A stretch of 64,000 nucleotides of DNA from Eledone cirrhosa (taxonomy: Eukaryota). Below, one piece after another: positions 34,362 to 46,972 of the stretch (the stretch's first letter is position 1; each line of letters begins with the position of its first letter). Under the pieces are notes generated by a model. That model searched no databases, was not told the origin of the DNA, and saw only the letters and a list, made by a program, of their open reading frames with translations. A program made the position numbers and the translations under genes. The stretch lies in contig OZ024741.1 in NCBI GenBank assembly GCA_964016885.1, positions 118,234,001 to 118,298,000 of the forward strand, given 5' to 3'.

Positions 34362-36660
34362 TTATTGTTCATTTAGCTTGGGTTTGAATTTATCAATAAA
34401 ATTCTTTTCTTTGATTTTTCTCTTGATTTCACTTGGGCTGTGTAATTTGTAGAATGGGAATATTATAAATATTCCCTGACCACATGTTGCCAGGTGGCCG
34501 CTTAGGGGTATCTCACGGGTCTCTGATTTGTTGACGGTGTACCCGTGCACGTTCCGATAGTGCATTTCCAGTTTGACCGACATATAGTTCTTCACAATTC
34601 GGGCATTTAATGCAGTAAATTAGATTTCTGCTTTTGCAGTTCATATTTGCATTTGGGAATATTTTTCCAGTTTTTGTTTTCATATATTGACCGGCGTGTA
34701 TGGATTGACATGTGCCGCATCGATTATCATTGCATTTAGATACAGTGAATGATTGGTCTTTGTTGTTAAGGTCAAACTTTGCTTTTGTTAGCAATTGCTT
34801 CAAATTTTTTGGCTGTCTTTTACTAAGAGTCAAAGATCGATCTGTGATTAAGCCTTTTAATTCATTACGTTGAGCAATGATCGGTAGGTTTGCTTTGGCA
34901 GTGTTGAAGATATTCTGGTGACATGGGTTGTGTGTCATTATAAATGGTAGGACCAGTTCTTGGTTTCTTCTTCCTTTGGTTGTTCTAAGTTGTTGTATAG
35001 GTATTTTTATAGCCCGCTGTATGCCATTTTCTATAAATAGAGATGGGTATTTTTGTTTGAGCAAAAATTCTCTTAGTTCTGTTAGGCTTTTGTACCTGGT
35101 ATTCGTATCTTCTACAATGGTACAAATTCTTCTGGCTATGGGATGTTGCGTTTTGTATGAGGTGGATGGCACGACTTAAAATTCAGATATTGATGGGTGT
35201 CTGTGTGTTTATAATATATATCCGTGGTAATGGTGGTGTCGTTTTTGATTATCATTATATCTAGGAATGGTAATTTGGTCCTACTCATCTCTTTTGTGAA
35301 TTGGAGAGATGGGTGTAGGTTATTCAGGAGGATATTGAACTCATCCAGAGTATCTAGAGATTCTGTCCAGATGATGAAACAGTCGTCAAGGTATCTCTTC
35401 CAAGATTTTTCAATGTACTTTCTAAAGTCAGTACTATATTTTTCCTCTATTTCTTGGTAGAGTTGTTGTTCAGAGTTCGCGTAAACGGGAGCAAACTTCG
35501 TTCCCATCGCTGTGCCTCTAATTTGGATGTAATTCTTTCCATTGAAGAAGAAAGTGTTGTTTTCCAGAATAAGTTTAACTGCGTCTAATATAAATGGCGC
35601 TGTGAATCTAATGGGAATCACTTCTCTATGTTTTTCCACCCAATATTTAACCGCCTTTATTCCTAAATCATGTGTAATATTGGTGTAAAGGCTTACCACA
35701 TCAAAACTGAGTAGAAGTGAATTCGTTTCCGTGGTTTTGGGAAGATGGGACAGGAAGTCGATATCATCCCGGATGAAACTGGGTATGTGAATACATAGTG
35801 GTTTCAAAATAATGTCAACAAAATTGCTTAGACGGTGAGTGGGGCATGTTGGACCAGCTATAATAGGTCTAAGTTTTAAGTCTTTTGGGTGTAATAATTT
35901 AATGTACTCACTGTTTTGTTCTCTTACTGCCAGTTGTATTTCTTTTGACTTGTGAACTTTCGGTAGGCCATACAGGTTGCTGGGTTTCGGCTCAAAATTG
36001 GTGATGTAGTCTCTTTCCTTATCAGTAAATGAGTTGTGGTATTTTGAAGCCAGGTTGTTGATCTTCTTCATGATGTTGTGGTCTATATTTGATGGTATTT
36101 CATGATAGAATGTTGTGTCTTTCAGTTGTTCCTCAACCAAATCCTTGTAGTATTCAGTATCCATTATAACAACTGCACCCCCTTTATCTGCTTGTTTAAT
36201 TATTATTGTTTTATCATTTTGTATACGTTTAAGTGCAGACATTTCTGATTTGTTAATGTTTGGCCTAACATTAGTATTATGTCTAAGAGGAAATTTAGAC
36301 AGGATGTCAATGTATTGGTCGAGATAGATATTTCTTCCTTTTGGCGGAGTGAAATTTGATTTATTCTTTACTAGTGATTCATCACTCTCATTATTTTTAT
36401 CAGCGAAGAATTCTACAAGACGTAATTTTCGACAGAATTCTTGGGTATCCTCCTTCAGTTCTTGGTGGTTGACTGTTGGAGTCGGTGTGAATTTCAGTCC
36501 TTTTGACAGAATTTGCATTTCATCATTGTCAAGATCTCTTTTAGATAAATTAATTATTTTAGGATCTACGTGTACAGCTGTTTTGGGTATGTTTCCTCCT
36601 GGAGTTTTTCTTTTTCCGGTTTTTGTTGTCCTGACGTTAAAAAATGAATTTTTCTCTGTT
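34362..36660 (-). pseudogene. PLE polyprotein with two frameshifts (RT, Cys linker, GIY-YIG)
   Basis: IINLS..LSKGLKFTPTP, ADKG, LYGLPKVHK, SFDVVSLYTNI, GTAMG, RYLDD, CNDNRCGTC, LIY..C..C..YVGQT, KPKLN. Confidence 0.93.
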
Positions 36661-36798
36661 CAGGATTTATATTCCTGTTGGTGTTCGCTTGATGAACTTT
36701 TGGTCGTGATATTATATTTGGTTTCGTTATGTATTTTGTCCTATTTTTGGTATTCTGTATATTATTTTTCTTCCTGTTAGCATTGTCACCACATATCA

Positions 36799-36837
36799 TG
36801 AACCTGAAGATTGCGAAAGCATGAAAGTACTTGTTCA
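36799..36837 (+). ncRNA. Minimal type I hammerhead (inverted pLTR)
   Basis: Identical to 33937-33975 on the opposite strand. Confidence 0.85.
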
Positions 36838-37005
36838 ATTAACACTTAGAATTTAATATTCTATCATACTATTTCATTATAATACCATTATATATATTTT
36901 AAAGGATTGTAAATAAAACGAGTAAATCAGACAAAGTTGGAATTCCTCTTATTAATATAATCTTCTATACACAATCATACACACCCGTGTATATTTACCT
37001 ATCTA

Positions 37006-37110
<105 letters not shown>

Positions 37111-37212
37111 TTATATATATATACATACATATATATATTTATATATATACACATACATATATATATATTTATATATATATATATTTATATATATACACAT
37201 ACATTTATATAT

Positions 37213-37301
<89 letters not shown>

Positions 37302-37426
37302 TGCATGTATAGTATATTTGGCAACATACCGTATGTTTAATTAAAAACATTTAGAAGACCATACGCTATCAATTTTTAAAGTAGTGATTATGTCACTTAC
37401 TTCTTTTCGGCAAAAGAAGGGAGAGA

Positions 37427-37468
37427 AGCTGACAGTCTGTTTCATGCTGGTTGGCGTTCATCAGGGCC
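37427..37468 (-). ncRNA. Type I hammerhead motif in a ~280-bp pLTR-like remnant (about 37335-37612)
   Basis: ggcc CTGATGA acgc-caacca-gcat GAA ACAG-a-CTGT C agct; flanking inverted repeat 37404-37424/37474-37494 extends stem I. Confidence 0.65.
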
Positions 37469-37628
37469 ACGCACTCCCCTGCTTCCGCCGAAAATTATAG
37501 AAGCTGGATTCTTATAGAATTCCAGTAATAATCAGGAGCTGATTATACAAAGCAATTGCCGGTCCAGCAAAAATTAGGTATTAGGATTGGTGCTCTGAAA
37601 TAGCGATGTATACATGAATGTATGTATA

Positions 37629-37706
<78 letters not shown>

Positions 37707-37708
<2 letters not shown>

Positions 37709-38336
37709 TACTGGCCCGTCCGGCTTGCACTTAGCTAGGTATACCAACTTTTTATTTTTTCAGGGATCCCCCCTCCACGCCAGTGCAAAGATACCGCACA
37801 CCCTCTCAAGTCAGCGAGAGTGGGGGTTAACATGCTCTGATGTTGGATTTGAATAGTTTTTAGGATTCCCCAGTTCAGCAGCCAGTACGTTAAAGAAAAT
37901 TGATAGTTACAACAATAAAGACTGAACAGAGAATACATTTTTTAACAAACTTTACAATAATTTGTACAACCATAATGGAAATCCCAAGTAACAGAAAATA
38001 TATAAATTACATTGTTAGAGCCTCAGAGTATACAATATTTTTTGTTTGGCACTCGGGAGCAAAGATGAAGAGATTGTTTGGCGAGCTCACCCTAGAGCAT
38101 CCTACATACAATTGACCACTGGAAAAGCATGGTTTTCCCAGATGAAGGCTAACCACTTTTAGGGTTTGACCCTGAGGTTTGTTGATGGTAATCGCGAAGC
38201 TTAGTCTCTCTGTTGCTCTAGTAACATTTTTTCTTATACAAAATCTGATCTTGCGGCCAGGCTGGGACTTTTGGGGTGGAATATCGATAGTAACAATGAC
38301 GATAAGCCGGGCGCCAGCTGGACGGGCCAGCTAGTA
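37707..38336. mobile_element. Element with GC-rich inverted termini resembling Helitron 3' ends
   Basis: CTGGCCCGTCC at the left; GGACGGGCCAGCTAGT at the right; (TA)n flanks. Confidence 0.45.
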
Positions 38337-38340
38337 TATA

Positions 38341-38431
<91 letters not shown>

Positions 38432-38440
38432 TATATATAT

Positions 38441-39359
38441 ATATAAATGAAAAGTATAGAAATTATTGTAGCAAGAAGCCAACAGTATTCCATAATATAT
38501 AAGTGACTATAGCGTCAAAATGGAAAAATAGTTAACGTAAGATGTGGGAAAATAATTCAAACTCAATTCAAAAAGAATCAGGATATAGATTCATCCACAG
38601 AATTTGGTGAAATCCAGGGAAAAATCAGAATAAAATAAAGTTTAAAATATTCATCCTTCAATTTGGAAAATCTACAAATGCTCTGTATAGTCTTAAAGAC
38701 TATTTCACGAAACTTTCAGTGGGGATGGTCACGGTTGGAGTCGATCATCAGCAGAGCTCAAAGACATGATAACCAAATTTTTTCCACTGTTTATAATATG
38801 CCAAAAGGGGAATTTAAAAGCAGGCTCGTTCAACATCATGCGTAATTATGAAGAAAAACGCACAGAATGAGACGAATGTCTGTTTACATGAAACAACAGT
38901 CAAAAACATTCCGAAAAAAACTCTACAATATAAGGAGTTCAGCAAAAGCAATATTATCGCGTTTTTTTTTTAAAAAAGACCGGGATTAGTCACAAATAAA
39001 TTTTAAGCACTCTAGGAAAGAAATCCGAGTATAAATATAAATGAAAAGTATAGAAATTATTGTTGCAAGAAGCCAACACTATTCCATAATATATAAGTGA
39101 CTATAGCGTCAAAATGAAAAAAATAGTTAACGTAAGATATGGGAAAATAATTCAAACTCAATTCAAAAAGAATCAGGATATAGATTCATCCACAGAATTT
39201 GGTGAAATCCAGGAAAAAATCAATAGAGCCTTAACTCAGAATAAAATAAAGTTTAAAATACTCATCCTTCAATTTGGAAAATCTACAAATGCTCTGTATA
39301 GTCTTAAAGACTATTTCACGAAACTTTCAGTGGGGATGGTCACGGTTGGAATCGATCAT
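38441..39359 (-). mobile_element. Partial tandem (611-nt unit) without RT, carrying an HHR; retrozyme candidate
   Basis: 38443-38748 is repeated at 39037-39359; the second copy is truncated inside the HHR core. Confidence 0.75.
38680..38757 (-). ncRNA. Type I hammerhead, canonical core, stable stems I and III
   Basis: gctctg CTGATGA t-cga...tcg-t GAA ATAGTCT-tta-AGACTAT A cagagc. Confidence 0.85.
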
Positions 39360-39369
39360 ATATATATAT

Positions 39370-40855
39370 ATATAAATTGCGACAAAGGTAAAGGGGATGC
39401 TCTGGAGAGGAGCAATTATAGGGGCATTAGCACAACTAATTAGAGAAAGGGTCAAACTAGATGAGATGCAGTTTGGTTTTGTGCCTGGGAAAAGTACAAC
39501 AGATGCCCTCTTCTTGGTGAAAGAATTACAAGAGAGGTTCTTAGAGAAAAATAAGCCACTATACTTAGCCTTTGCTGACCTAGAGAAGGCCTTTGATAGG
39601 GTACTCTGATCTGTCATCTGGTGGTCCCTAAGGAAACTATGTGTTGAGGAATGGCTTGTGAGGACAGTGCAAACTTTGTACAGAGGTACTGTCAGTAAAG
39701 TTAGGGTAGGAATGGAGTTTAGTGAGGAATTCCAGATACAAGTAGGAGTACATCAACGTTCGGTCTGCTCTTGTTCATTATAGTCCTCCAAGCCATAACA
39801 GAGGAGTTTAAGACTGGCTGTCCATGGGAACTTCTCTATGCTGACGATCTGGTTCTTATAGCAGAATCAGTAGAGGAGCTGTAGAATAGATTCTGGCTAT
39901 AGAAACAGCAGTTGGAATCAAGAGGAATGAGAGTGAACCTAGCTAAGACAAAAGTGTTGATGAGTAGAAAAGAGGACAAAACTCTGATTCCATCAGGGAA
40001 ATAGCCATGTTCGTTATGCAGGAAAGGAACTGGCATAAATTCTATAAAATGCACACAATGCAGATCCTGGGTACACAAGAGATGTAGTTGGATAGCAGGC
40101 AAACTAACAGGTAGGGAGAAATACGTAAGCAGTAGATGTGCAGGGAAATTAGACAGTAGAAGACGCATTGATAGACACATTTTTCAAATGCAGGCAGGTA
40201 CTATAGAAGTGGTGGATAGCTTCTGGTACCTAGGAGATCAGATTAGCATGGGTGGGGTGGGGGGTGGGGGAGGGGGGGTTCCGAGGCCATAGTATCTAGA
40301 ATAAGGACGGGTTGGAAGAAGTTTAGGGAGCTGCTTCTTCTGCTGACGGAGAAGTGTTTCTCCCTGCGTATGAAAGGCCGGTTATATGATGCCTGTGTGA
40401 GGAGCGCGATGTTGCATGGCAATGAGACATGGGCAGCAACTGCAGAGGATATGTGACGGCTGGAGAGAAATGAGGCAAGCATGCTCCATTGGATGTGCAA
40501 TGTCAATGTGCGTGAACGACCCAGCATGAATGTGTTGAGAGAGAAACTGTGTCTGAGAGGGATAGAATGTAGTGTGCGAGAGAGGAGACTGCGATAGTAT
40601 GGACATGTGATGCGCATGGAGGATGACCGATGGGTGAAGAAGTGCCAGGAAATGCCAGTTGAAGGAAGACGTGGTAGAGGTAGACCACGAAAAACATGGG
40701 CGGAGGTGGTGAGAACAGACCTCAGATCGCTGAAGTTCACGGTGGAGATGACGAAGGACCGTGACAAGTGGAGAGATGCTGTGCTGAATAAGATCCGTCC
40801 CACCCTTGCAAGCAGGGAAAAGCGGATGTAAAATGATGATGATGATGATGATGAT
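39370..40855 (+). mobile_element. RTE LINE family A, 3' half, disrupted
   Basis: Reverse complement of 15691-17190; (GAT)n tail. Confidence 0.95.
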
Positions 40856-41164
40856 ATATGTGTGTGTGTGTGTGTGCATGTGTATTTATATATAGCTATT
40901 GTTTTTCTTTCTTTCACCACAATCTTTAGAGATCACCATTACTTTCTCATTGTGATAAATTTTCTATTTCTTTTAATAAAAATGAATATTTTGTTTTGTT
41001 TTTCTCATGTTGATATTTTATTTTTGAGTGATGTGTGTTTGGGCACAGACATGGCCATGTGGTTACATTCCTACTTTAGCAATCAAGAGACCCAGTTTCA
41101 GCCCCACAGTGTGGCATCTTGTATTTCATTCTTGAATATATATATGAGATCATGGCTCTAATAT

Positions 41165-41400
41165 TACAGACATGTAGTTAGAATGTCTCAGGAAAGAATC
41201 ACTGGATAGATTTTATGGGCAAAACCAACCAGCAGTAGACCCTGAGCAAGATGGTTGGATAACATCTATAAGCTCGGTTCGTCTCGCTTGGGGATCCAGC
41301 TGGATCAATTAGAGATGATTCCTTCTAATAGGACCCAGTGAAAGCAGTGTTTGAGGACTCTGTCCCCACAACCCTGTCAGGAATAAGTGGACGAAGAAGA
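41165..41400 (+). mobile_element. LINE 3' end (RTE-like family with GAA tail)
   Basis: HVVRMSQERI..RWLDNI..; homologous to 43290-43580 and 60075-60510. Confidence 0.7.
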
Positions 41401-41831
41401 AAAATATATACGTACATATGTGGATACAAGAGGGGTTAAGTTTTCTTTACTATCATGAGGATCCAGGTTTGACTCTACTCCTTCCCACTGTATGGCACCT
41501 TGGGCAAGTGTCTTCTATCATAGCCTTGGGTTCATCCAAGCTCTCTTGAATGAAATTATATAGACAGAATATGTGTAGAAGCTGATCAGATATCTGTAAC
41601 AGTAATTCAAAGGAACAGCATTGTCTCCCATTGTCACACTGATTTTGCATGAGAATTGCATTGAAGGTACACATGACTGTTGAATACTAAGCCATTTACA
41701 CATTACTAAAATGACAGTTTATTTGATTGAACAACTGGAGTACTCATTATAAAAATTGACACAGGATCCTTTTATATATGTGTGGATGTATATAAGCATT
41801 TGTTTTGTTTTTTACGTATATTTTTTTAATA

Positions 41832-41908
41832 CAGGGTGGCCCAAAAGTCACTAGATCTTTTCTAAGTATTATATTTTAAAAGGGTCTAGTGACTTTTGAG
41901 TCAACCTG
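41832..41908. mobile_element. Tc1/mariner-type MITE
   Basis: TA|CAGGGTGGCCCAAAAGTCACTAGA ... TCTAGTGACTTTTGAGTCAACCTG. Confidence 0.75.
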
Positions 41909-42309
41909 TGTATATACATATATTGTATATATATATGAAACTTGCTCCAGCATGGTCATAATCTTTCAAACAAGTTGAGCAATACTGATGAAGTTTATCT
42001 GTTTTTATTGTTAAATATGTCTTATCTTATAAAAGATCTGAAAATATGTCTCATATTATCAATTGTAAAAATATCCTACTAGTGGAAATAACATAGCATT
42101 GTAAATGATATGAAAAAGAGAAAAATATACAAACTCATTCTTTATTATTATTATTATTATTATTATTGTTCTTTGAGTCTCAGTCATTGATGTTATTTAA
42201 CTGGAAAGTTTGTTGAAATGAATATCAAGCCGCTACCTGCAGTCTCAGATATTCAGGACGTATCGGAGGGTTCTTGCTGTTCGCAGCAAGCATGCCTTTT
42301 GAAGTGTTA

Positions 42310-42362
<53 letters not shown>

Positions 42363-42658
42363 GTTATTATCATCATCATCATCATAATATTTCAGACTAT
42401 CAAGCAAGATGCTGCTCACCTAACATGTCTAGGAAGGCAGTAACACTGAATAAGAATTGACTCAGATCATAATGACCCATCCAACCCATGACTATCTGGA
42501 AAATAGACATAAGATGATAATGGTGATGATAACTATAACCTTTAACATGTTGTCAACGACAAATTGCGATGATAGAGTAATCTCCCCTTAATACATAATG
42601 CAGTGTCAGGTGAAACAATTCATTAAAAAATTCAGCATGCTAAAGAATAAAGATGATA

Positions 42659-42818
42659 ATTGTTTCTACTTTTGGCACAAGGCCAGCAATTACCCAGTGC
42701 ATTACTGGTACTTTATTTTATCGACCCCGTAAGGATGAAAGGCAAAGTTAACCTCGGCGGGATTTGAACACAGAATGTGTCAAAGCATGGCATCCGACCT
42801 TCTCCCGACATTGCCAAT
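42659..42818 (-). mobile_element. tRNA-derived SINE
   Basis: Reverse complement of the 6084-6270 family. Confidence 0.85.
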
Positions 42819-42899
42819 ATAATAATGATGATAATTCATCTTGAGGGATGAATATTTTTGTTTTCAGTATTTACATTGCTAGCAGGAAAAATGGATTGC

Positions 42900-43232
42900 C
42901 GCTCATCATATCTGTGCTGTGTCTCAAACAATTTGATCTCTGATTATTACATCTATGATATATCTCAAACAATTTGATCTCCAATTATTACATATCTGCT
43001 AGCTCTCAAACTATGTGATCTCTGCTCATTACATCTGTGCTTTGTCTCAAACAATTTGAACTCCAGTCATTACATCTGAGCAATTCCTCAACCAATGTGA
43101 TCTGTAATCATTACATCTGTATTGTCTCAAACAATTTGATTTTCAATCATTACATCTGTACTATGTTTCAATGAGTTTGATCTTCAATATATACATCTGT
43201 GATATATTTCAGTCCATTTGATCTCTAATCAT
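42900..43232. repeat. Degenerate 41-bp minisatellite, about 8 units
   Basis: Unit approximately CATCTGTGCTTTGTCTCAAACAATTTGATCTCCAATCATTA. Confidence 0.85.
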
Positions 43233-43289
43233 TATCAGGTGTCTTATTCGTAGTACTGATAAATAGTAATATCAAAACCAGAAAATGAT

Positions 43290-43580
43290 TTGTTAGAATG
43301 TCTCTGGAAAGAATTGCTGAACAGATTTTGCAGGCAAAAAAAACAAAAAAGCCGGCAGGAGACTCAAGAGCAGACCCTGAGCAAGATGGTTGGATAATAT
43401 CCATAAGCTCAGCTGGTATCGCTTGAGGATCCAGCTAGATCAGTTGGAAATGGTTGCTTCTGACAGGACCCACTGAAAGGAGTGTTTAATGACTCTTCCC
43501 CCACAACCCTCTCAGGAATAAGTGGGAAAAGAAGAAGAAGAAGAAGAAGAAGAAGAAGAAGAAGAAGAAGAAGAAGAAGA
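43290..43580 (+). mobile_element. LINE 3' end with (GAA)n tail
   Basis: Homologous to 41165-41400. Confidence 0.75.
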
Positions 43581-44103
43581 TTATGTTATGTATGTCCACT
43601 CTATTTATATATATAGATATGCATTCACAGTCCTAGTTCTATAAACAGCTAGTGTAACAAACCCTAATGTACACACATATATATATTTCATAGTAATATG
43701 AACAGCTAGTGTAACCTGCCTCACATACACACACATACACAAACACACACACACACACTTGCATCAACAGCTACCACTAACATACACATACTTTCATAAA
43801 CAGCTATTGTACTGCTATCACTAACACACACATACACTTCCATAAATACCTGCATCTATATTTAGATGCAAGTTATTTTAGAGAATGAACTGTAACAATG
43901 GTTTTTTAAAAATGTCATTAGGGAAGTTTAACAACACTGACACACACACTCACATATGAACCCCACCACCAGAGTCTAGTGTAGACATAGCAATATTTAC
44001 TCAACTCCCATGCACACACACTCACATGTGTGTGAGTAAAATACTATTACTGTGATATGTATGATCAAATTTAATTTAACTTCAACTTTATAAATATAGA
44101 AAT

Positions 44104-44420
44104 CATGGTTACCTCCCTGTTCACCACCATCGGTATGGAGTTGGCTACCCGCATGTGTGAGACTCAAGAGCTGGAATGGTTCTTCCAGCTTGTCTCCCTC
44201 ACCATCCTCTGTGGAAACGCCTTCTCTATTCTGTCTGCCGGGGCTGCGCGGCGTCCAGTATGACGAGGTCATGGGGCGGCTAGCATGTGGGCCCCCATTT
44301 ACTCACAATAGTGAGACATGAGAAGAGTGAGAGAGACAGAGGCAGTGACAGTGAGAGTTTGGTTCTCTTGTATTCGGACTTGGTGTATATGTATATGCTT
44401 CACGGACACACTCTCACACA
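44104..44420 (+). mobile_element. 3' end of a CRE-like (restriction-like endonuclease) non-LTR retrotransposon
   Basis: 44111-44263 encodes LFTTIGMELATRMCETQELEWFFQLVSLTILCGNAFSIL, matching the FQRxSxxIxRGNAxSIL C-terminus of CRE elements. Confidence 0.65.
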
Positions 44421-44503
44421 CAACTGTCTATCTTAGGCTGTAAATTATTAAGTTAACATCATGTCTTGCAGTATTTACCATATTTCATAGTTTATTAGAT
44501 ACA

Positions 44504-45134
44504 CTAGCTGGCCCTATGCCATAAAAAATGATGGCTAATTGTAATATCTATACATAATATAAAAAGAGATGCTTATTGGTTTGTTGGTTGGTTTGCGTTC
44601 ACTCACACAAGTGATACAAACATACAAACACACAGCTGTGACAAATCTTAGATCACATAAATGTGCATGTATGCAATAATTATTTTTTCTAAGTGTGTCT
44701 ATTTATATATATGCATGTGTAGATTCATATGTGTTTGTAATTCTATTGTCTATGTATCTTTCTAAATAAACACACACAAAGACATATACACTCACACAAA
44801 TATCATGTATAAATATGATTTACACAAACACACATATATACACACACAGACACTCACATAATCATTACAGCCAATATGTGTAGCTAATTTGCTATACATA
44901 TAGACACGCAGGTGTAGCGAATGTTAAATGCTGCCTTTTTTAGTTTGTCATCACCTCCTCCCTTCTTCAGTCGACATTATCATCCCTTCCTTTCTCAGGC
45001 AACGTTATCACCCCTTCCTTCCTCAGTTGACATTATCACTCTTTCCTTCTTCAGTCAATGTAATCACACTTTCCTTCCTCAGTCATCTCTAGTGTGTGAC
45101 AGACAAATACACAAGGCTTTTATATATTAGTAGA
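44504..45134 (-). mobile_element. Non-autonomous Helitron-like element
   Basis: Minus strand starts TCTACTAATATATAAAAG and ends with a hairpin followed by CTAG|T. Confidence 0.6.
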
Positions 45135-46726
45135 CTTTTCTCCCTATAAAAAGTCTCTAAAAACTATTGTATTCTACAAGCTGAATGTCAGTGTCTGGAG
45201 TTATGTTTCCAAGCAGAGAGCTACCATTCAGGCTGGGGGGGTAGAGTCTATTGCTCTCCACCCCTCTTCCTTTCCTTTCATTGTTTAATTTCTTTTTTCA
45301 TTTTATTTCTTTGTTTGTTTTTTTCTATTCTTCATTTCTTTATTGCTTTGTATAAATATTTTTGTAAATAAAGATGCTTACAACAGTTAAAAAAAAAAGT
45401 TTCAAAATTTATATTTCAAACTGAGGATTTCACACTAAAATACATTGCTGAGCAGTTGTTAACCAGAGAAATAACTCACCAGATGTTAACTAGATCTATC
45501 ATACCTAACCTTATTTCTGTATCCAAAATTACATATATTTGATTTAAATTGAGTGTTCCATCCTGGTTGTGACGATTTCAAGTTGAAATAAGGTTGGGTT
45601 TCAGTGGAGAAAATATACTTGTAATTTTTTTTTTCCTGATTATTATCTTTTAAACTGAGGTGCATCTAATGCACCTGCGCATCTTATAAGTAGCAAAATA
45701 TGGTATTCTGACTCCTTGTGTTCTGAATATAAATTCTACCAAGGTCTAGTTTTTCTTTCTTCCTTCCAGAGTAATATACCAATCTAGTGGGGGAGTGGCT
45801 GAATGAAGACTGGCAGAGTTATTAGAGTATCGGGTAGGACACCTTATGGTATTCTTCCAGCTCTATGTATTCTGAATTCAAATTCCACTGTGGCTTTTTT
45901 CGATGGAAGACCTAACGCTTTTGATAGCAACCTACCCAAAACTGCCTCAGTTTCTGTGAAGTGAAACCACATGTTTTAAGAGAATGTGAGTAAAGGGTTC
46001 TATTTAAATTAAAACTTTCCAACATAATTTTACTTTTGTTATATTACAAATACCATCTTGAAATAATTAATAATTTTGATAAATTCTTCTGTAACTAACT
46101 CAAATACAGTGCATTTCATTAGAAATACTGTAACAAAAGGGTTAATTAGTAAATCTGTTTAACACTGCCATCTGGTCCTTGGGTGCCTTTAATGGTCACT
46201 CTGTTGCAAGCATTTGGGGACAGAGCTCTGGTTTAAAGATACTTTCCTCCCTAGGGCTGGAATTTCACCTGCTGAGGCTCTAAGCTATATAAAATGTGAG
46301 ACCTTTCCCTAAAAAAATATAATTATCATTTTTATATTATAATGTTAATGATAAAGAATAATTTTTGATGATTTAGTGTTAAAGAATAAAAACTAATGAT
46401 AAAATATAAATATATTTTTTAAAATAGAGCTTATTTAGTTTATAGGTAAGTCCAGCACTGACTCCCCACTTTCTCTTCATCCCACCAGTCTTAGAGGCAT
46501 CTGAAAAGAGTCATGGCTATTGTGTTTTCCTCCCTGACTAAACAATAAAAAGAAATATATAGAAAAAAACCCATGCTGTAGTTTTAATAAGTGGTTGCAG
46601 CTATTTTGTTTTAATTACACAAAAATATCCATTATAAAAATTCCATAGTTTTGTATGGAGAAGTCACTTTTGAAACAGTTTTTGTGTTGTAATATATTTT
46701 TGTATTGTAATATCTATTGTTTCATA

Positions 46727-46972
46727 GAATCATCATCATCATCATCGTCATCATAATCATCATCATCATCATCATCGTTTTTACGTCCATTTTTTCCACG
46801 CTTGCATGGGTTGGATGAGTTCTTTTCAGCACAGCATCATTGCATTCCATCGTCATCTGCTCTGTGAGTTTCAGCGATTTGAAGTCAGCTCTCACCTCTT
46901 CTGCCCAGGTCTTCCTCGGTCTACCTCTACTGTGGCTTCCTTCCACTGGGATTTCCTGGCACTTCTTCATCC
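46727..46972 (-). mobile_element. RTE LINE family A, 3' fragment
   Basis: KKCQEIPVEG..RGRPRKTW; (GAT)n tail. Confidence 0.85.

Larger units (their letters stand above)
33815..36988 (-). mobile_element. Penelope-like retroelement, Neptune-type, with 3' pLTR and inverted 5' pLTR
   Basis: 176-bp inverted repeats at 33815-33990 and 36784-36959 flank the RT and GIY-YIG coding region. Confidence 0.92.
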
